This document shows positions 19,040 to 30,378 of a stretch of DNA of 64,000 nt, one piece after another. Origin of the DNA: an uncultured delta proteobacterium (GTDB lineage Bacteria; Desulfobacterota; Binatia; Binatales; Binataceae); contig CAVRJV010000013.1 of the NCBI GenBank assembly GCA_963721485.1, positions 169,464 through 233,463 of the forward strand. The letters are read 5' to 3'. Both the position numbers and the translations under genes were made by a program. The notes under the pieces were generated by a model. That model saw only the letters and a list, made by a program, of their open reading frames with translations, did not search any database and was not told where the DNA came from. The stretch's first letter is position 1. Each line of letters begins with the position of its first letter.

Positions 19040-21112
19040 ATGGCATCACCGAACCATCGGCGCGAAGATCACCACTAGCTCGACGCGAGAAAGTCGGGCA
19101 AGCGCACGCTCAGCGACGTCCTGATCGGACCGCCGCGCGACGTTCGCGATCCCGAAATATTCCACAGCCTCTCGCTGGTCGCGTTTCTGGCGTGGGTCGG
19201 TCTGGGCTCCGACGGCCTGAGCTCGTCATGCTACGGCCCCGAAGAAGCGTTCCTCGCGCTCGGGCACCATCAGTATCTCGCGGTGTTCCTCGCGATGCTG
19301 ATGGCGCTGACCGTCTTCATCATCTCGGCGTCGTATTCGCAAACAATCGATCTGTTTCCGACCGGCGGCGGCGGCTACCTGGTCGCGACCAAATTGCTCG
19401 GGCAAATATTTCGGGCTGGTTTCGGGATCCGCGCTGGTCGTCGACTACGTGCTGACGATCGCGATTTCGATCGCGAGCGGCGCCGACGCGATCTTCAGCT
19501 TTCTGCCCGTCACCTGGCTGCCCTACAAGTTCTGGCTGTGCCTGCTGGTCGTGCGTGCTGATGGTGCTGATGAATCTGCGCGGGGTGAAGGAATCGGTGC
19601 TGTCGCTGCTGCCGATCTTCATCGCCTTCATCGTGATGCACGTGTGGCTGGTCGGCTACGCGCTTCTGAGCCGCGCGCCCGGAACTGCCGTCAATCGTCG
19701 GCCACGCCGTGCGCGAGGTCCACGCCAGCTCGCACAGCATCGGGATGCTGGCGCTGGCGGTGATTTTCTTTCGCGCCTACAGCCTGGGCGGCGGCACGTA
19801 CACCGGGATCGAGGCGGTCAGCAACGGCCTGCCGATCTTGCGCGAGCCGCGCGCCGAGACCGGCAAGCGCACGATGATCTACATGGCCGTGTCGCTGGCC
19901 TTCGTCGCCGGCGGAATTCTGCTCGGCTACCTGCTGCTCAACGTCGAGGCCGAGGCCGGCAAGACGCTCAACGCCGTCATGTTCGAGCGGCTGGCGCGCA
20001 ACTGGCAGCTCTTCGGCATTCACGTCGGCCCGGCGCATCATCACCTTCGCGCTGCTGACCGAGGGCGCGTTGCTGTTCGTCGCCGCGCAGACCGGTTTCG
20101 TCGACGGACCGCGCGTGCTCGCCACGATGGCGACCGATCGATGGCTGCCGCGGCGCTTCGCAAACCTGAGCGCGCGGCTGGTGACGCAGGACGGCGTCAT
20201 CGCGATCGGGCCTCGCGGCGATCCTGCTGCTAATCGGCACCGAGGCGAAGGTCGATCTGCTGGTCGTCCTCTACGCGATCAACGTGTTCGTCACCTTCAC
20301 GCTCTCGCAGCTCGGGATGACGACGCACTGGTGGCTCGAGCGCAAGAACGAAAAGCGATGGCGGCGCAAGCTGCTCATCAACGGCGTCGGCACGTTCTTC
20401 ACCGCGCTCAATCCTGATGATCACGCTCACGCTCAAGTTCCACGACGGCGGATGGGTGACGGTCGTGATCACCGGCGGATTGATCGCGCTGTGCTATACG
20501 GTGCGACGTCACTATGATCGCGTCTCGAAGGCGATCGAGCAGCTCGAGGCCGACATCCTGCCGAAGCTGTACGCGGTCAAGAAAGCAGAGCCCGCCAAGC
20601 GCGATCCCAACGCATCGACCGCGGCCATCCTGGTCAGCGGTTACAACGGTCTGGGGCTGGCGACGCTGATCGCGGTCACGCAATTGTTCAAGGACGAGTT
20701 CCGCAACGTGGTCTTCATCGGCGTCGGTGAAGTCGATGCGGCGCTGCTCAAGGGTCCCGAAGAAGTGCACGAGCTCGAGACGCGGATGTCGGACGACCTG
20801 AACGAATATTGCCAGTTCGCCGCCGACCTCGGCCTTCATCCCGAACTGCGCGCCGGTCTCGCGCCCGACGTCGTCGTCGAGCTGCGCCGGCTATGCCTCG
20901 AAGTCGCGCACGAATTTCCGCACGTCGTGTTCTTCGCCGGCAAGCTGATCTTCTCCGACGAGATCGAGGGCTTCATCGGCCGCTTCCTGCACAATCACAC
21001 CTCGGTCGAAATCCAGAACTGGCTGCAGCTCTACGGCTACAGCCTGGTGATTCTGCCAATCCGCGTCGGCGCCGGCTCGATGGCGATCCCGCAAAACTCC
21101 CAGGCCGCCTAA
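19040..21112 (+). CDS. APC-superfamily permease with C-terminal cytoplasmic domain, frame-interrupted in the membrane part
   Basis: Transmembrane segments lie across many frames (SLSLVAFLAWVGLGSDGLSSSCYGPEEAF; TGGGGYLVATK; FRAYSLGGGTYTGIEAVSNG; FVDGPRVLATMATDRWLP). The soluble C-terminal domain is intact in ORF 20417..21112. Confidence 0.7.
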
Positions 21113-21156
21113 CCGTCGCAACTCGGCCAGCAGTTGAAGCGCTCTAAACGTAGTGG

Positions 21157-21176
21157 GGCGGGCCGCCGTGCCCGCC
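21157..21176. terminator. GC hairpin between convergent genes (possible bidirectional terminator)
   Basis: GGCGGGC-CGCCGT-GCCCGCC, followed by TTCCTTTAT on the plus strand. Confidence 0.3.
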
Positions 21177-21197
21177 TTCCTTTATGACCATCCCCGA

Positions 21198-22706
21198 TTA
21201 TTTTCCGATCGGCGTGATCCTGTAGAACGCCAGCCGGTCGCCGCGGAATTTCTCGACGACACTGAACCGCTTCGGGTCAGGAAGCTCCGGACGAACCGCG
21301 TCACTATCCTTCCAACTAAACAGCCATCCGCCGCCCGCAGATGAAACCCGTTCCTCGATAGTCGCTCGCGCCGCCGCATTGTCGAATCCCGGAACGGCGA
21401 TTCGCGGATTGGCGCCCTTGAAGTAGTAGTCGAATGGAATCGAGTAGAAGCCGAACGGGAATCCGCCGTTCGGGACGTTTGGCGCGGTATCGTTCGAGAC
21501 GAATCCCGCTTCAAAGAATACCGGCTCCGTGGCGTTGCCCGCCGCAACTTGCGCGGCCATCTCGCGCCACGGCTGCGGCGTGGTCCGCGCGTACGGCGTG
21601 AGGATCAAGCATACCACCGCAAAACCGGCCGCCGTCAGATTGCGCCATTTCACGCTCACCCGCGCGATTCCCGCGGCGAGAATCAATGCGAGCGTGGCCA
21701 TCGACGGCGCAACGTATCTCAAGTTGAACATCGGATGAACGACGATTGAGCCCGCTATCAGCGCGAGTCCCGGCAGTATCGTCCAGTCGCCAAGCCAGCG
21801 AAGAGTCTCGTCGCGATCCCATCGCGTCGCCCCACCGAATACGAACCAGGCCGCCACCGCCGCCGCTCCCAGAGCCGCCGCTATCTTGATCCAAAGCGGA
21901 TACTCATACTTGCTTCCGATCCAGTCGAGCCAATGGCCGGAGATCATCGTCGCGCTCTGCGCGCGCAGCACCGGCACGTACGGCACGAAAAGTACCAGCG
22001 TGACGGCCATCGCCAGCCACGCCATCTGATTGCGCCGTCCGCGGACGTAATCGCGCACGATCATCGCCAGCGCCGCGCCGATGAACAGACTGCCGGCAAG
22101 GTGCGTGTAGAGCAGGGCACTGCCCGTGACGCCGCACAGCACGGTGAGGCTCGCGCTCGAACGCGTGCGCATTCGCCAGAACATCAGCATTTGTGCGAGC
22201 GCGAGCGTGAGGATCATCGGGTACATTCGCGCGGTTTGCGCGAAGACCACGGCCAGCGGGTTGAATGCCCACATCGCGGCTGCGGCGAGCGCGGTATTGT
22301 CGTCGAACATTTCGCAGCCGATCGCGTACACGAGCGCGAGCGTCGACAGCGAAAGAATCACCGACATCGATCGCAGCGAGATTTCGCTCAGCCCGAAAAT
22401 CCGCGTGTAGTAATGCAGCGCGCCGTAGTAGAAAAGAAATTTCCCCGGCTCATCCAGCACCGGCGTCCGCGCGATCGCTCCGATTCCGGGCTTCGCCGCC
22501 GACCATGCGCTGAACGCCTCGCTCGCACCGAGCGCGTCCGTGCCGAGCCGATACGAATAGACGATTGCCGCGACGCCGAAGACCGCGATGAAGATCGTGC
22601 CCGGCCGCGCCCACGATACCTCCGGGCGCGACGGTTCTGTTCGCGGTGACGATTCGATCGTGGCTGAACCTGCCTGCCTCATCTCCACCCCGCTTCGTGC
22701 CCGCAT
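21198..22706 (-). CDS. GT-C type glycosyltransferase (family 39 / ArnT-PMT-like) membrane protein
   Basis: This is an intact 502-aa polytopic ORF. Its first loop and helices (..LDEPGKFLFYYGALHYYTRIFGLSEISLRSMSVILS..NPLAVVFAQTARMY) are typical of ArnT/PMT_2-like enzymes. Confidence 0.6.
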   Translation of the reverse strand: MRARSGVEMRQAGSATIESSPRTEPSRPEVSWARPGTIFIAVFGVAAIVYSYRLGTDALGASEAFSAWSAAKPGIGAIARTPVLDEPGKFLFYYGALHYYTRIFGLSEISLRSMSVILSLSTLALVYAIGCEMFDDNTALAAAAMWAFNPLAVVFAQTARMYPMILTLALAQMLMFWRMRTRSSASLTVLCGVTGSALLYTHLAGSLFIGAALAMIVRDYVRGRRNQMAWLAMAVTLVLFVPYVPVLRAQSATMISGHWLDWIGSKYEYPLWIKIAAALGAAAVAAWFVFGGATRWDRDETLRWLGDWTILPGLALIAGSIVVHPMFNLRYVAPSMATLALILAAGIARVSVKWRNLTAAGFAVVCLILTPYARTTPQPWREMAAQVAAGNATEPVFFEAGFVSNDTAPNVPNGGFPFGFYSIPFDYYFKGANPRIAVPGFDNAAARATIEERVSSAGGGWLFSWKDSDAVRPELPDPKRFSVVEKFRGDRLAFYRITPIGK

Positions 22707-22812
22707 ACTAGCGGATTCCGCACACGCGCACGATCTTTAGCGGTACGCGAGCGCCACCGCGAAACCGGTGCATTGACTACGCGGCCTCGTGCTGGCGTAA
22801 CTGATCACAATC

Positions 22813-24204
22813 ATGTCCGAGTTTCTTGAGGCGGTCCCCGAAGCCGGCGGGCAGGGCGGGGTCGCGATGACCCTGCCGCCGATCTCGCGCATCCGCTTCG
22901 AGGTGTGGGCGCTCGCCTGGCCGGTGATTCTCTCCTTCGGCCTCGATTCGATTCTCGGTCTTTCGTCGATGCTGATGGTGGGACGGCTGGGCGCGAATGC
23001 GGTCGGCGCGGTCGGACTCGCTACGCAAATCCTCGGCGCGGTGCGCGCGGGAATCGCCGCCGTGGGTACAGGCACGGTCGCGCTGGTCGCGCGCTCTATC
23101 GGCGCCAACGATCGCGACAACGCCGAAGAAGTGCTGAAGCAGTCGGTCGTCTTCGGCGTGCTGGTTTCGACCATCATCGCGATCCCCGTGATCATTTTCG
23201 CGCATCCGCTGATGGGACTCTTCCAGGTGCACGGTGAGATGGCCGACATGGGCTCGCGCTACCTGCAGGTCGTGATGCTGTCGGAGCCGTTCCAGGGAAT
23301 CTTCCTTATGTGCGCGTCGGCGCTGCGCGGCGCGGGCGACACGCGCACGCCGCTATGGATCGGCGGCATCATCGACGTGCTCGCGATCTTCCTCAACTAC
23401 GTGCTGATCTTCGGCAAGTTCGGATTTCCCGCGCTCGGCGTCGACGGCTCGGCGGTCGCGACGTTGCTCGCGATCGCCATCGGCGGGATTTTATTTTTCT
23501 ACGCGCTTTCGATTCCCGGGATGGTGCTGAACTTCCGATGGAAGGGGCTGTGGCCCGACTTCGGCCTCGGCCGCCGAATCCTCAGCGTCGGCAATCCCGC
23601 CGCCATCGAGCAATTGCTGATCCAGTTCGGCTTCGTCGCCTACGTCGGATTCATCGCGCGCTACGGCGCCAAGGAAATCGCCGCATACTTTATCGGCGTG
23701 CGAATCCTGGCGCTGTCATTCCTGCCCGGCTTCGGATTCTCCGCCGCTTCCGCGACGCTCGTCGGCCAGGGCCTCGGCGCGGGCGACTCGAAGTTCTCGC
23801 GCAAGGCCGGATGGGAATCGACCGGAATGGCGATAGTCGGGATGACCTTGATGGGCGTGGTGTTTATCGTCTTCGCGCATTATATTGCGGCGCTTTTCAT
23901 CGACGACAAAACGGTCATCGCGTACACCGTGCAATTCATGTACGCGCTCGCTGCCGCACAACCGCTGATGGCGATTGACTGGACCATCACCGGCGCGCTG
24001 CGCGGCGCCGGCGATTCGCGCTTCCCGCTGTACGGCTCGCTCGCCGGCTTTTACGGGATGCGCCTTTTCCTGACGATTATCATCTGGTCTCATGGCGCCA
24101 GCATCAACTACATCTGGTGGTCCCTGCTCGCCGACTACGTCGTCCGCTCGACGATAAAAGTCTACCGCTTCCAAACCGGCCACTGGGAACACATCGAAGT
24201 TTGA
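22813..24204 (+). CDS. MATE-family efflux transporter
   Basis: This is an intact 463-aa ORF with about 12 hydrophobic segments. It has the duplicated MATE pattern (..RSIGANDRDNAEE.. and ..QGLGAGDSKFSRK.. loops; ALRGAGDTRTP / ALRGAGDSRFP). Confidence 0.85.
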   Translation: MSEFLEAVPEAGGQGGVAMTLPPISRIRFEVWALAWPVILSFGLDSILGLSSMLMVGRLGANAVGAVGLATQILGAVRAGIAAVGTGTVALVARSIGANDRDNAEEVLKQSVVFGVLVSTIIAIPVIIFAHPLMGLFQVHGEMADMGSRYLQVVMLSEPFQGIFLMCASALRGAGDTRTPLWIGGIIDVLAIFLNYVLIFGKFGFPALGVDGSAVATLLAIAIGGILFFYALSIPGMVLNFRWKGLWPDFGLGRRILSVGNPAAIEQLLIQFGFVAYVGFIARYGAKEIAAYFIGVRILALSFLPGFGFSAASATLVGQGLGAGDSKFSRKAGWESTGMAIVGMTLMGVVFIVFAHYIAALFIDDKTVIAYTVQFMYALAAAQPLMAIDWTITGALRGAGDSRFPLYGSLAGFYGMRLFLTIIIWSHGASINYIWWSLLADYVVRSTIKVYRFQTGHWEHIEV

Positions 24205-24285
24205 AATTCAGTTTCGGTCGTCGCCTGTTGACGCTCGCGTCGTCATCAACTGGACGCGGCGTGCGGCGCGCGTAATCCTCTTCCC

Positions 24286-26458
24286 GTGGCACAAGCGCAA
24301 AAGGCGACCGAGACTCTCGAGGGCATCCTCGATCAGGTTCTCTTTGCCAACGACCAGACCGGCTACTCGGTCGCCATCGTCGTCGTGCCCCAGGAGCATG
24401 GCGACTTTCGCCGCGTCACCATCGTCGGCAATCTCGCAGGCCTCGAAGTCGGTTCGACCATACGCGCGCTCGGCGGCTTCGAGAATCATCAGCGCTTCGG
24501 CGAGCAGTTCCAAGTCGTGGATTTCGAAACGCTGCGCCCCGCCGGATCCCTCGCGATAGAGCGCTACCTCGCTTCGGAAATAAAAGGCATCGGCCCAAGG
24601 CTCGCGCGGCGCATCTCGGAGCACTTCGGCGACACGCTCGGCGAAGTGCTCGACAACGCGCCGGAGCGGATGCGCGAAGTTCCCGGCATCGGCGCCGCAG
24701 TCGCGCGCACGATTGCGGCGGCATGGCGCGACGCGTCGGGGTTGCGCGAGCTGACGGTTTTCCTGCGCGGCCACGGACTGGCCGCCTCGCACGCGCGCCG
24801 CATCCACAAGTTCTACGGCAAGGACGCGCTCGACGTCGTCAAGCGCGATCCGTACGTCCTCGCGCGCACGATTCACGGCATCGGATTCCGCACCGCCGAC
24901 GCGATCGCCGAGAAACTCGGTATCCCGCGCAACTCGATCCAGCGCGCGCGCGCCGCCGTCCTCTACATCCTCGAACGCATGTCCGACGAGGGCCACGTCT
25001 ATTCGCCGTTCGAGTATCTGGAAGGCCAGTTCCGCACCGCGCTCGACATGGAACCCGACCTCGCGCACGACGCCGTCAACGAGCTTGCCGCCAGCGGCGA
25101 GGTGATCGCCGAAGAGGCCGACGATCACATCGCGATTTACCTCGCGCGCCTGCACGAGGCCGAAGTGAACGTCGCCGCGCGAATCGCGGAACTGAACGCG
25201 GGCCGCGCGATGAACAAGGATCTGATCGATCGCGCGGTCGCGGCCGCGATCAAATCGTCGGAACTCGAACTGTCGGTCGAGCAAAAGAGCGCGCTGCGAT
25301 GCGCTCTCGCCAGCCGCGTCACCGTGATCACCGGCGGTCCCGGTACCGGCAAGACGACCCTGCTGCGCTCGTTGCTGGTCGCGCTCGCCGACGTCGGCTT
25401 GAAGCCGACGCTCGCGGCACCGACCGGACGCGCCGCTCGCCGGCTCCAGGAGGCTTCGGGCCGCGACGCAAAGACTATCCATCGGCTGCTCGAATACGAT
25501 CCACAGAGCGGCGGATTCCTCCGCATGCAAGAACTTTCCGCTGCGCACCAACTATCTGATCATCGACGAGGCCTCGATGATGGACGTCGAGCTGGCCTCG
25601 AGCCTGCTGTCCGCGCTGATGCCGAACTGCTCGCTGCTGCTGGTCGGCGATCGCGATCAGCTGCCGTCTGTCGGTCCAGGCAGCGTGCTCAAGGACGTAA
25701 TCGCATCCGACTTCGTGCCGGTCGTGCAACTGAAGGAGGTCTATCGGCAGGCGCGCCAGAGCCTGATCGTTGCCAACGCGCATCGCCTGAATCGGGGCGA
25801 GTTCCCGCAACTCTCCAATGACGCCGAAGGCGACTTCTTTTTCTTCGAGCGCAACGCCGCCGAAGACGTGGTCGCGACGATCAAGCAACTCGTGCAGCAA
25901 CGCCTGATTGGACGCTTCGGAATCACCGACCCGCGCGAAATTCAGGTGCTGACACCGATGAATCGTGGCCCGCTCGGCACGCACACTTTGAATCGTGAGC
26001 TGCAAGCATTGCTGAATCCCGTGGGACGCGAACTCCGCTCCGGCGATCGCACTTTTCGCGAGGGCGATCGCGTCATCCAGTTGCGCAACAACTACGATAA
26101 GGCAGTCTTCAACGGCTCGATCGGCAGGATCGTTGCGATCAACACTGAGAAGGCGCGCGTGAGCGTCGTGTTCGAGGAGACCCACGCCGAATACGATCTC
26201 TCCGAGCTTGACGAGCTCGCGCTCGCTTACGCGATCTCGGTGCATAAGAGCCAGGGCAGCCAGTATCCGGCGATCGTGATGCCGATACATTCGAGCCACT
26301 ACCTGATGCTGCGGCGCAACCTGCTCTACACCGCCATCACGCGCGCCGAGCGTGTATGCGTGCTGGTCGGGACTAAGAGCGCGCTGCAGCAGGCGGTGCG
26401 CAATCAGGACGAGCGCCTGCGCTTTTCGCGCCTGGCAGCGCGGCTGCACGTCGACTGA
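24286..26458 (+). CDS. recD2: RecD2-type SF1 ATP-dependent DNA helicase, one frame change near 25530
   Basis: The features are an N-terminal OB/HhH region, Walker A ITGGPGTGKTT, LIIDEASMMD, LVGDRDQLPSVGPG and the C-terminal AISVHKSQGSQYP. The two ORFs 24286..25821 and 25577..26458 join into one gene. Confidence 0.9.
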
Positions 26459-26462
26459 TCGA

Positions 26463-27107
26463 TCAGTGATGCCCGATCAGGACGTAGGCAATGAACACGA
26501 ATGCCCCGATTACGATCATGGCGACGAACGCCGGAATCAGGGTCGCGCAAAACGCGCGCCACGCCGAGAATCGATGCACCTCGGCGATACAGTAAATCCC
26601 GAGGATTCCGCCCCACAGGCCCAGCACCACCTCGACGACCAGGATCTTGTAAAAGGCGGGATTGATGTGAGGCAGCGTTCCGGCCGCCGGCGCTTGAGGT
26701 GTCGGCACGCCCATCAGCACGGCGGTGAGAAGGACAATCTCGGCGGCAATCCCGGGGATCTGCGACCACGCGATGGCGGCCCGCATCTCTACGCGGGTCG
26801 CGACGCCGCCAAGCAGCGATCCCGACCATTTTAGAATCGCGGCACCGATGTAGAGTCCGACGACTCCGATGGCCGCTTGGACGGCTACGTTCACCGCAAC
26901 CCACAGCGGCCACAAAACCGACAGATTCGAGTTGTTGGCAATCGCCTTCGACCATTGATTCGCCAGCGCGTTGAGCGCCGGCCCGATCGCGGCGAGCGCG
27001 ATTACATTGCGCGTCGGATCGGTGTCGACGATGCGCCGAATCGTTGCGCGCGGCTCAGTCCAGATTGTGAAGAAAGATGTGATCGAACTGCCATCCCCGT
27101 TCGCCAT
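26463..27107 (-). CDS. Yip1-domain-like integral membrane protein
   Basis: This is an intact 214-aa ORF. A cytoplasmic N-terminus (FFTIWTEPRATIRRI) is followed by 5 hydrophobic helices. The family assignment is tentative. Confidence 0.5.
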   Translation of the reverse strand: MANGDGSSITSFFTIWTEPRATIRRIVDTDPTRNVIALAAIGPALNALANQWSKAIANNSNLSVLWPLWVAVNVAVQAAIGVVGLYIGAAILKWSGSLLGGVATRVEMRAAIAWSQIPGIAAEIVLLTAVLMGVPTPQAPAAGTLPHINPAFYKILVVEVVLGLWGGILGIYCIAEVHRFSAWRAFCATLIPAFVAMIVIGAFVFIAYVLIGHH

Positions 27108-27207
27108 CGAAGCCCCCGTCGCGCCGCGAATTCTGCCACGCTAGCATCCCGCCACATCGCGCAATAGTGCGATTGACTCGATTTCAAGATGCGCTACCAT
27201 CGCTGCG

Positions 27208-27516
27208 ATGAAACGGCTGAACTGGTTGGTTCTTGCTGCGTTAGTCGCCGGATGCGTGCAGACTTGCGGATGCGTTTTCATTCAGACTAGCGCGATTTCG
27301 GATAAGGGCGGCCCCGGCAATCCGATCAGCGCGAGCGCCAGCGATCTCGGCTACCTTCATCTGTTTGCCCCGCAAGGACTCACGCAGACCGCGCAATCGA
27401 ACCTGTTGAGCCAATGCGCCACCGGCAAAGTGTCGGGCGTGACGACGGAGCTCACGATGCGCGATTTCCTGCTCGTGCAGTCCTACAACGTGTCAGTGAC
27501 CGGCACCTGTAGCTAG
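27208..27516 (+). CDS. small lipoprotein
   Basis: The signal peptide has a lipobox (MKRLNWLVLAALVAG|C). Confidence 0.6.
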   Translation: MKRLNWLVLAALVAGCVQTCGCVFIQTSAISDKGGPGNPISASASDLGYLHLFAPQGLTQTAQSNLLSQCATGKVSGVTTELTMRDFLLVQSYNVSVTGTCS

Positions 27517-27520
27517 CCGG

Positions 27521-28021
27521 CTATCGGATCTTGACGGCGGGCTTTTCCGCTGGTGGCCGGCTGCGTTTGCCGCGCACCGGTTTCAGCGCGCGGAGAAAAT
27601 TCAGCACGGCCTCAGCTTCCGATCGCACCGCGTCGGGATCGTGCCCGCCTTGCTCGAGTTCCTTGTCGACGTCCGCGATCGTCTTCTCCCAGTCATTCTT
27701 GTACTTGCGATTCAAGTCCTTCCACGCCACTCCCGCCAGCGCGTCGGTGACGTTCGCCGGCGGACGATAGAGTCCGCGCGCGATCAGCACCGCGATCGCC
27801 GGATAGCCGAGGTAGCCCTGCCAGTACGACGCGTTGTCGTTCGACGCGATCTCGCGCCCGTCGGCCGAGGTCTCGACCTCGTAAGTCTTCGACAGGTCCG
27901 ACGACGTCACCGTCGCCCGCCGATCGTCCTCGATTCGCACGCGCCCATCGCCAATCGCGCCGAGCGCTTCGTAGGCCTTGATGACCGGCGGTATTTTCCA
28001 CGGCGTCGCTGGCATAGCCAT
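27521..28021 (-). CDS. hypothetical protein
   Basis: This is an intact 166-aa ORF with protein-like composition and a basic C-terminal tail. No family was recognised. Confidence 0.5.
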   Translation of the reverse strand: MAMPATPWKIPPVIKAYEALGAIGDGRVRIEDDRRATVTSSDLSKTYEVETSADGREIASNDNASYWQGYLGYPAIAVLIARGLYRPPANVTDALAGVAWKDLNRKYKNDWEKTIADVDKELEQGGHDPDAVRSEAEAVLNFLRALKPVRGKRSRPPAEKPAVKIR

Positions 28022-28073
28022 CTCTATTCGATCATATTCGACATCACGTCAATCGATTCTGGAGACTCTCGCG

Positions 28074-28522
28074 ATGGCAAATCCACCAATCGGCAAACTC
28101 GATCATATCGGAATCGCGGTCAAGAGCGTCGCCGAGGCGCGCAAATTTTTCGAGGGCACTCTCGGCGCGACATTTGTTTTCGAGGCTGCCAACGAGGCGG
28201 CCGGCTTCAAGCTCGCCGCGCTCGATCTCGCGGACTGTCAATCGAGTTGCTGGAGCCGCTCGGCGCGAATTCGTTCCTGCACAAGTTTCTCGAAAAGCGC
28301 GGCGAGGGGATGCATCATCTGACGTTCAACGTCCCCGACTGCAAACAGAAGACCGCCGATCTGAAAGAGCAGGGCGTGCGCATCGTCGACGAGCATCAAT
28401 GGTCGCCGACCAGCTTCGAATGCTTTATCTCCCCGCGCTCGTCCCACGGCGTCCTGATCCAACTAGGCTCCGGCTACCCAACCCTAAACAGCGACCCCAC
28501 CTGGACGAGGAAGAAGGACTAG
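28074..28522 (+). CDS. VOC/glyoxalase-fold protein (methylmalonyl-CoA epimerase-like), one frame change near 28235
   Basis: MANPPIGKLDHIGIAVKSVAEARKFF.. continues, after a shift, as ..IELLEPLGANSFLHKFLEKRGEGMHHLTFNV.. Confidence 0.7.
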
Positions 28523-28541
28523 CCCTCTCGCCTTGATACTG

Positions 28542-28594
28542 GGTGCAGGGGTCACCCCTGCCCAAGGAAGCGTGAAACCCACGACGGGTTTCAC
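28542..28594 (+). repeat. two-hairpin intergenic element, copy 1
   Basis: The element is GGTGCAGGGGTCACCCCTGCCCAAGGAAGCGTGAAACCCACGACGGGTTTCAC. The first 39 nt match the reverse complement of 63757-63795 at 34/39 positions, and both hairpins are preserved. Confidence 0.65.
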
Positions 28595-28687
28595 ATTCAA
28601 TAAAGTGACTCACCCGCGTCTGCCCCCGCCGCCTTAACATCACGGCGTCTATCTGACACGATTGCGCTACGGCCCCCGGCTTTTGCA

Positions 28688-30367
28688 ATGAAAGAACTGA
28701 TCGTTTCCATTCTTCGCGACGCAATTGAGCGGGCGCGCGCAGCGGGTCAGTTGACTTCCGAAATACCTGCGATCGGAATCGAAGCGCCGCGCGACTCTGC
28801 GCACGGCGACGTCGCCTCGAACATCGCACTGACTCTTGCGAAACCTGAGCGCAAAGCGCCGCGCGCGATCGCTGATATAATCAAGTCGCAAGTGACGCTC
28901 TCCGCTGAAGTGAGCGAGGTCTCGGTCGCCGGTCCCGGCTTCATCAATTTCAAAATGGCGCCGGCGTACTGGCATTCCGAGATGCGCAACGCGGCGAGCG
29001 CTGGCCGCGCGTTCTGGAAGCCGCGCCCGTGGGTGCTGCGCCCGGGCGCCGGAAAAAAAGTCCAGGTCGAGTTTCTTTCCGCCAATCCCACTGGTCCCGT
29101 GACCGTTGGCCATGGCCGCAACGCGGTCCTCGGCGACACGATCGCGCGACTTTACGAGGCGGCCGGCTTCGACGTCACCCGCGAATATTATTTCAATGAC
29201 GGCGGCCGCCAGATGAAGCTGCTCGGCGAGTCGGTTCGCTCGCGCTATCTGCAAGCACACGGCATCGACGCGCCGATGCCCGCCGACGGCTACCAGGGCG
29301 AATACATCGTCGATATCGCGCGCAGTCTGAAAGCGGAGCGCGGTGATTCGCTCGTGTCGGTTACCGATCTCGAGATTTTTCGCTCGGTCGCCGTCAAAGC
29401 CATCTTCGCCGATATCAACCAGACCTGCACGCGCCTCGGAATCCGCTTCGACGTCTTCAGCAACGAGCTCGATCTCTTCAACTCCGGCAAGGTCGACGCC
29501 GTGCTCAAGGCCTTGAGCGAGCGCGGCCTCACCTTCGAGCAGGATGGCGCAATCTGGCTGCGCGGCGAGCCGCTCGGACTTCCTAAAGACGCGGTGCTGG
29601 TGCGCTCCGGCGCCGACAGCCAGCCGACTTATCGCACGCCCGACATCGCCTACCATATCGAGAAGCTCAAGCGCGGCTTCGATCTCATCGTCGATGTGTT
29701 CGGCGCCGACCATATCGCCGAGCATCAGGAGGTCATCGCTGCGATCAAGGCGCTCGGCTACGACATCAGGCCCGTCCGCGCGATCATCTACCAGTTCGTC
29801 ACGCTCACGCGCGCCGGCGAAAAAGTAAAAATGTCCACGCGCAAGGCCACCTACATAACGCTCGACGAGTTGATCGACGAGGTGCGGCGCCGACGTCGTG
29901 CGATTTTTTTTCCTGTTCCGAAAGTCAGACAGCCAGCTCGATTTCGATCTCGAGCTCGCCAAGAAGCAGGCGCCCGAGAATCCGGTGTTCTACGTCCAGT
30001 ACGCGCACGCGCGCCTGGCAAGCATTTTTCGCGAGGGCGCTGCCAAAGACCTGGCACTACCCGCCGACACGTCGTCAGATCGATCTGAATCTGCTCGGCG
30101 CCGAGGAACTCGATCTCGCCAAGCGCGCGCTCGGACTCCCCGACGTCATGTCCGCCGCGGCTGAGGCGCTCGAGCCGCATCGGATTCCCTTCTACCTGCT
30201 CGAGCTTGCGGGCGATTTCCATCGCTACTACAACAAGCCCGCGAATCGTATAATTGGTCCGGATCGCGAGCTGAGTTTGGCGCGGATGTATATGGCGGCG
30301 ATTCTGAAGAGATGCGGTTGCGAGCGGACTCGAATTGCTCGGGGTGAGCGCTCCAGAGCGGATGTGA
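28688..30367 (+). CDS. argS: arginine--tRNA ligase, frame-interrupted in the 3' quarter (~29885, ~30075, ~30310)
   Basis: The gene carries [15 protein letters not shown] (HIGH region), KMSTRK (KMSKS-like), [10 protein letters not shown] and [19 protein letters not shown]. The corrected C-terminus is ..[12 protein letters not shown], with TGA at 30365-30367. Confidence 0.9.
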
Positions 30368-30378
30368 GGGCGGGGAAG

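Noticed and set aside
24208-25551. Very long ORFs antisense to well-supported genes. Examples: 24208..25551 and 25475..26449 opposite recD2; 28667..29962 opposite argS; 32473..33339, 33884..34873, 36700..37584 and 37533..38618 opposite the trp genes; 54919..55920; 62589..63479.
   Set aside because: Their translations are Arg/Ala/Gly/Asp-rich with no motifs. They mirror the codon structure of the conserved sense genes. Stop-poor antisense frames of this kind are expected in ~65-70% GC DNA.
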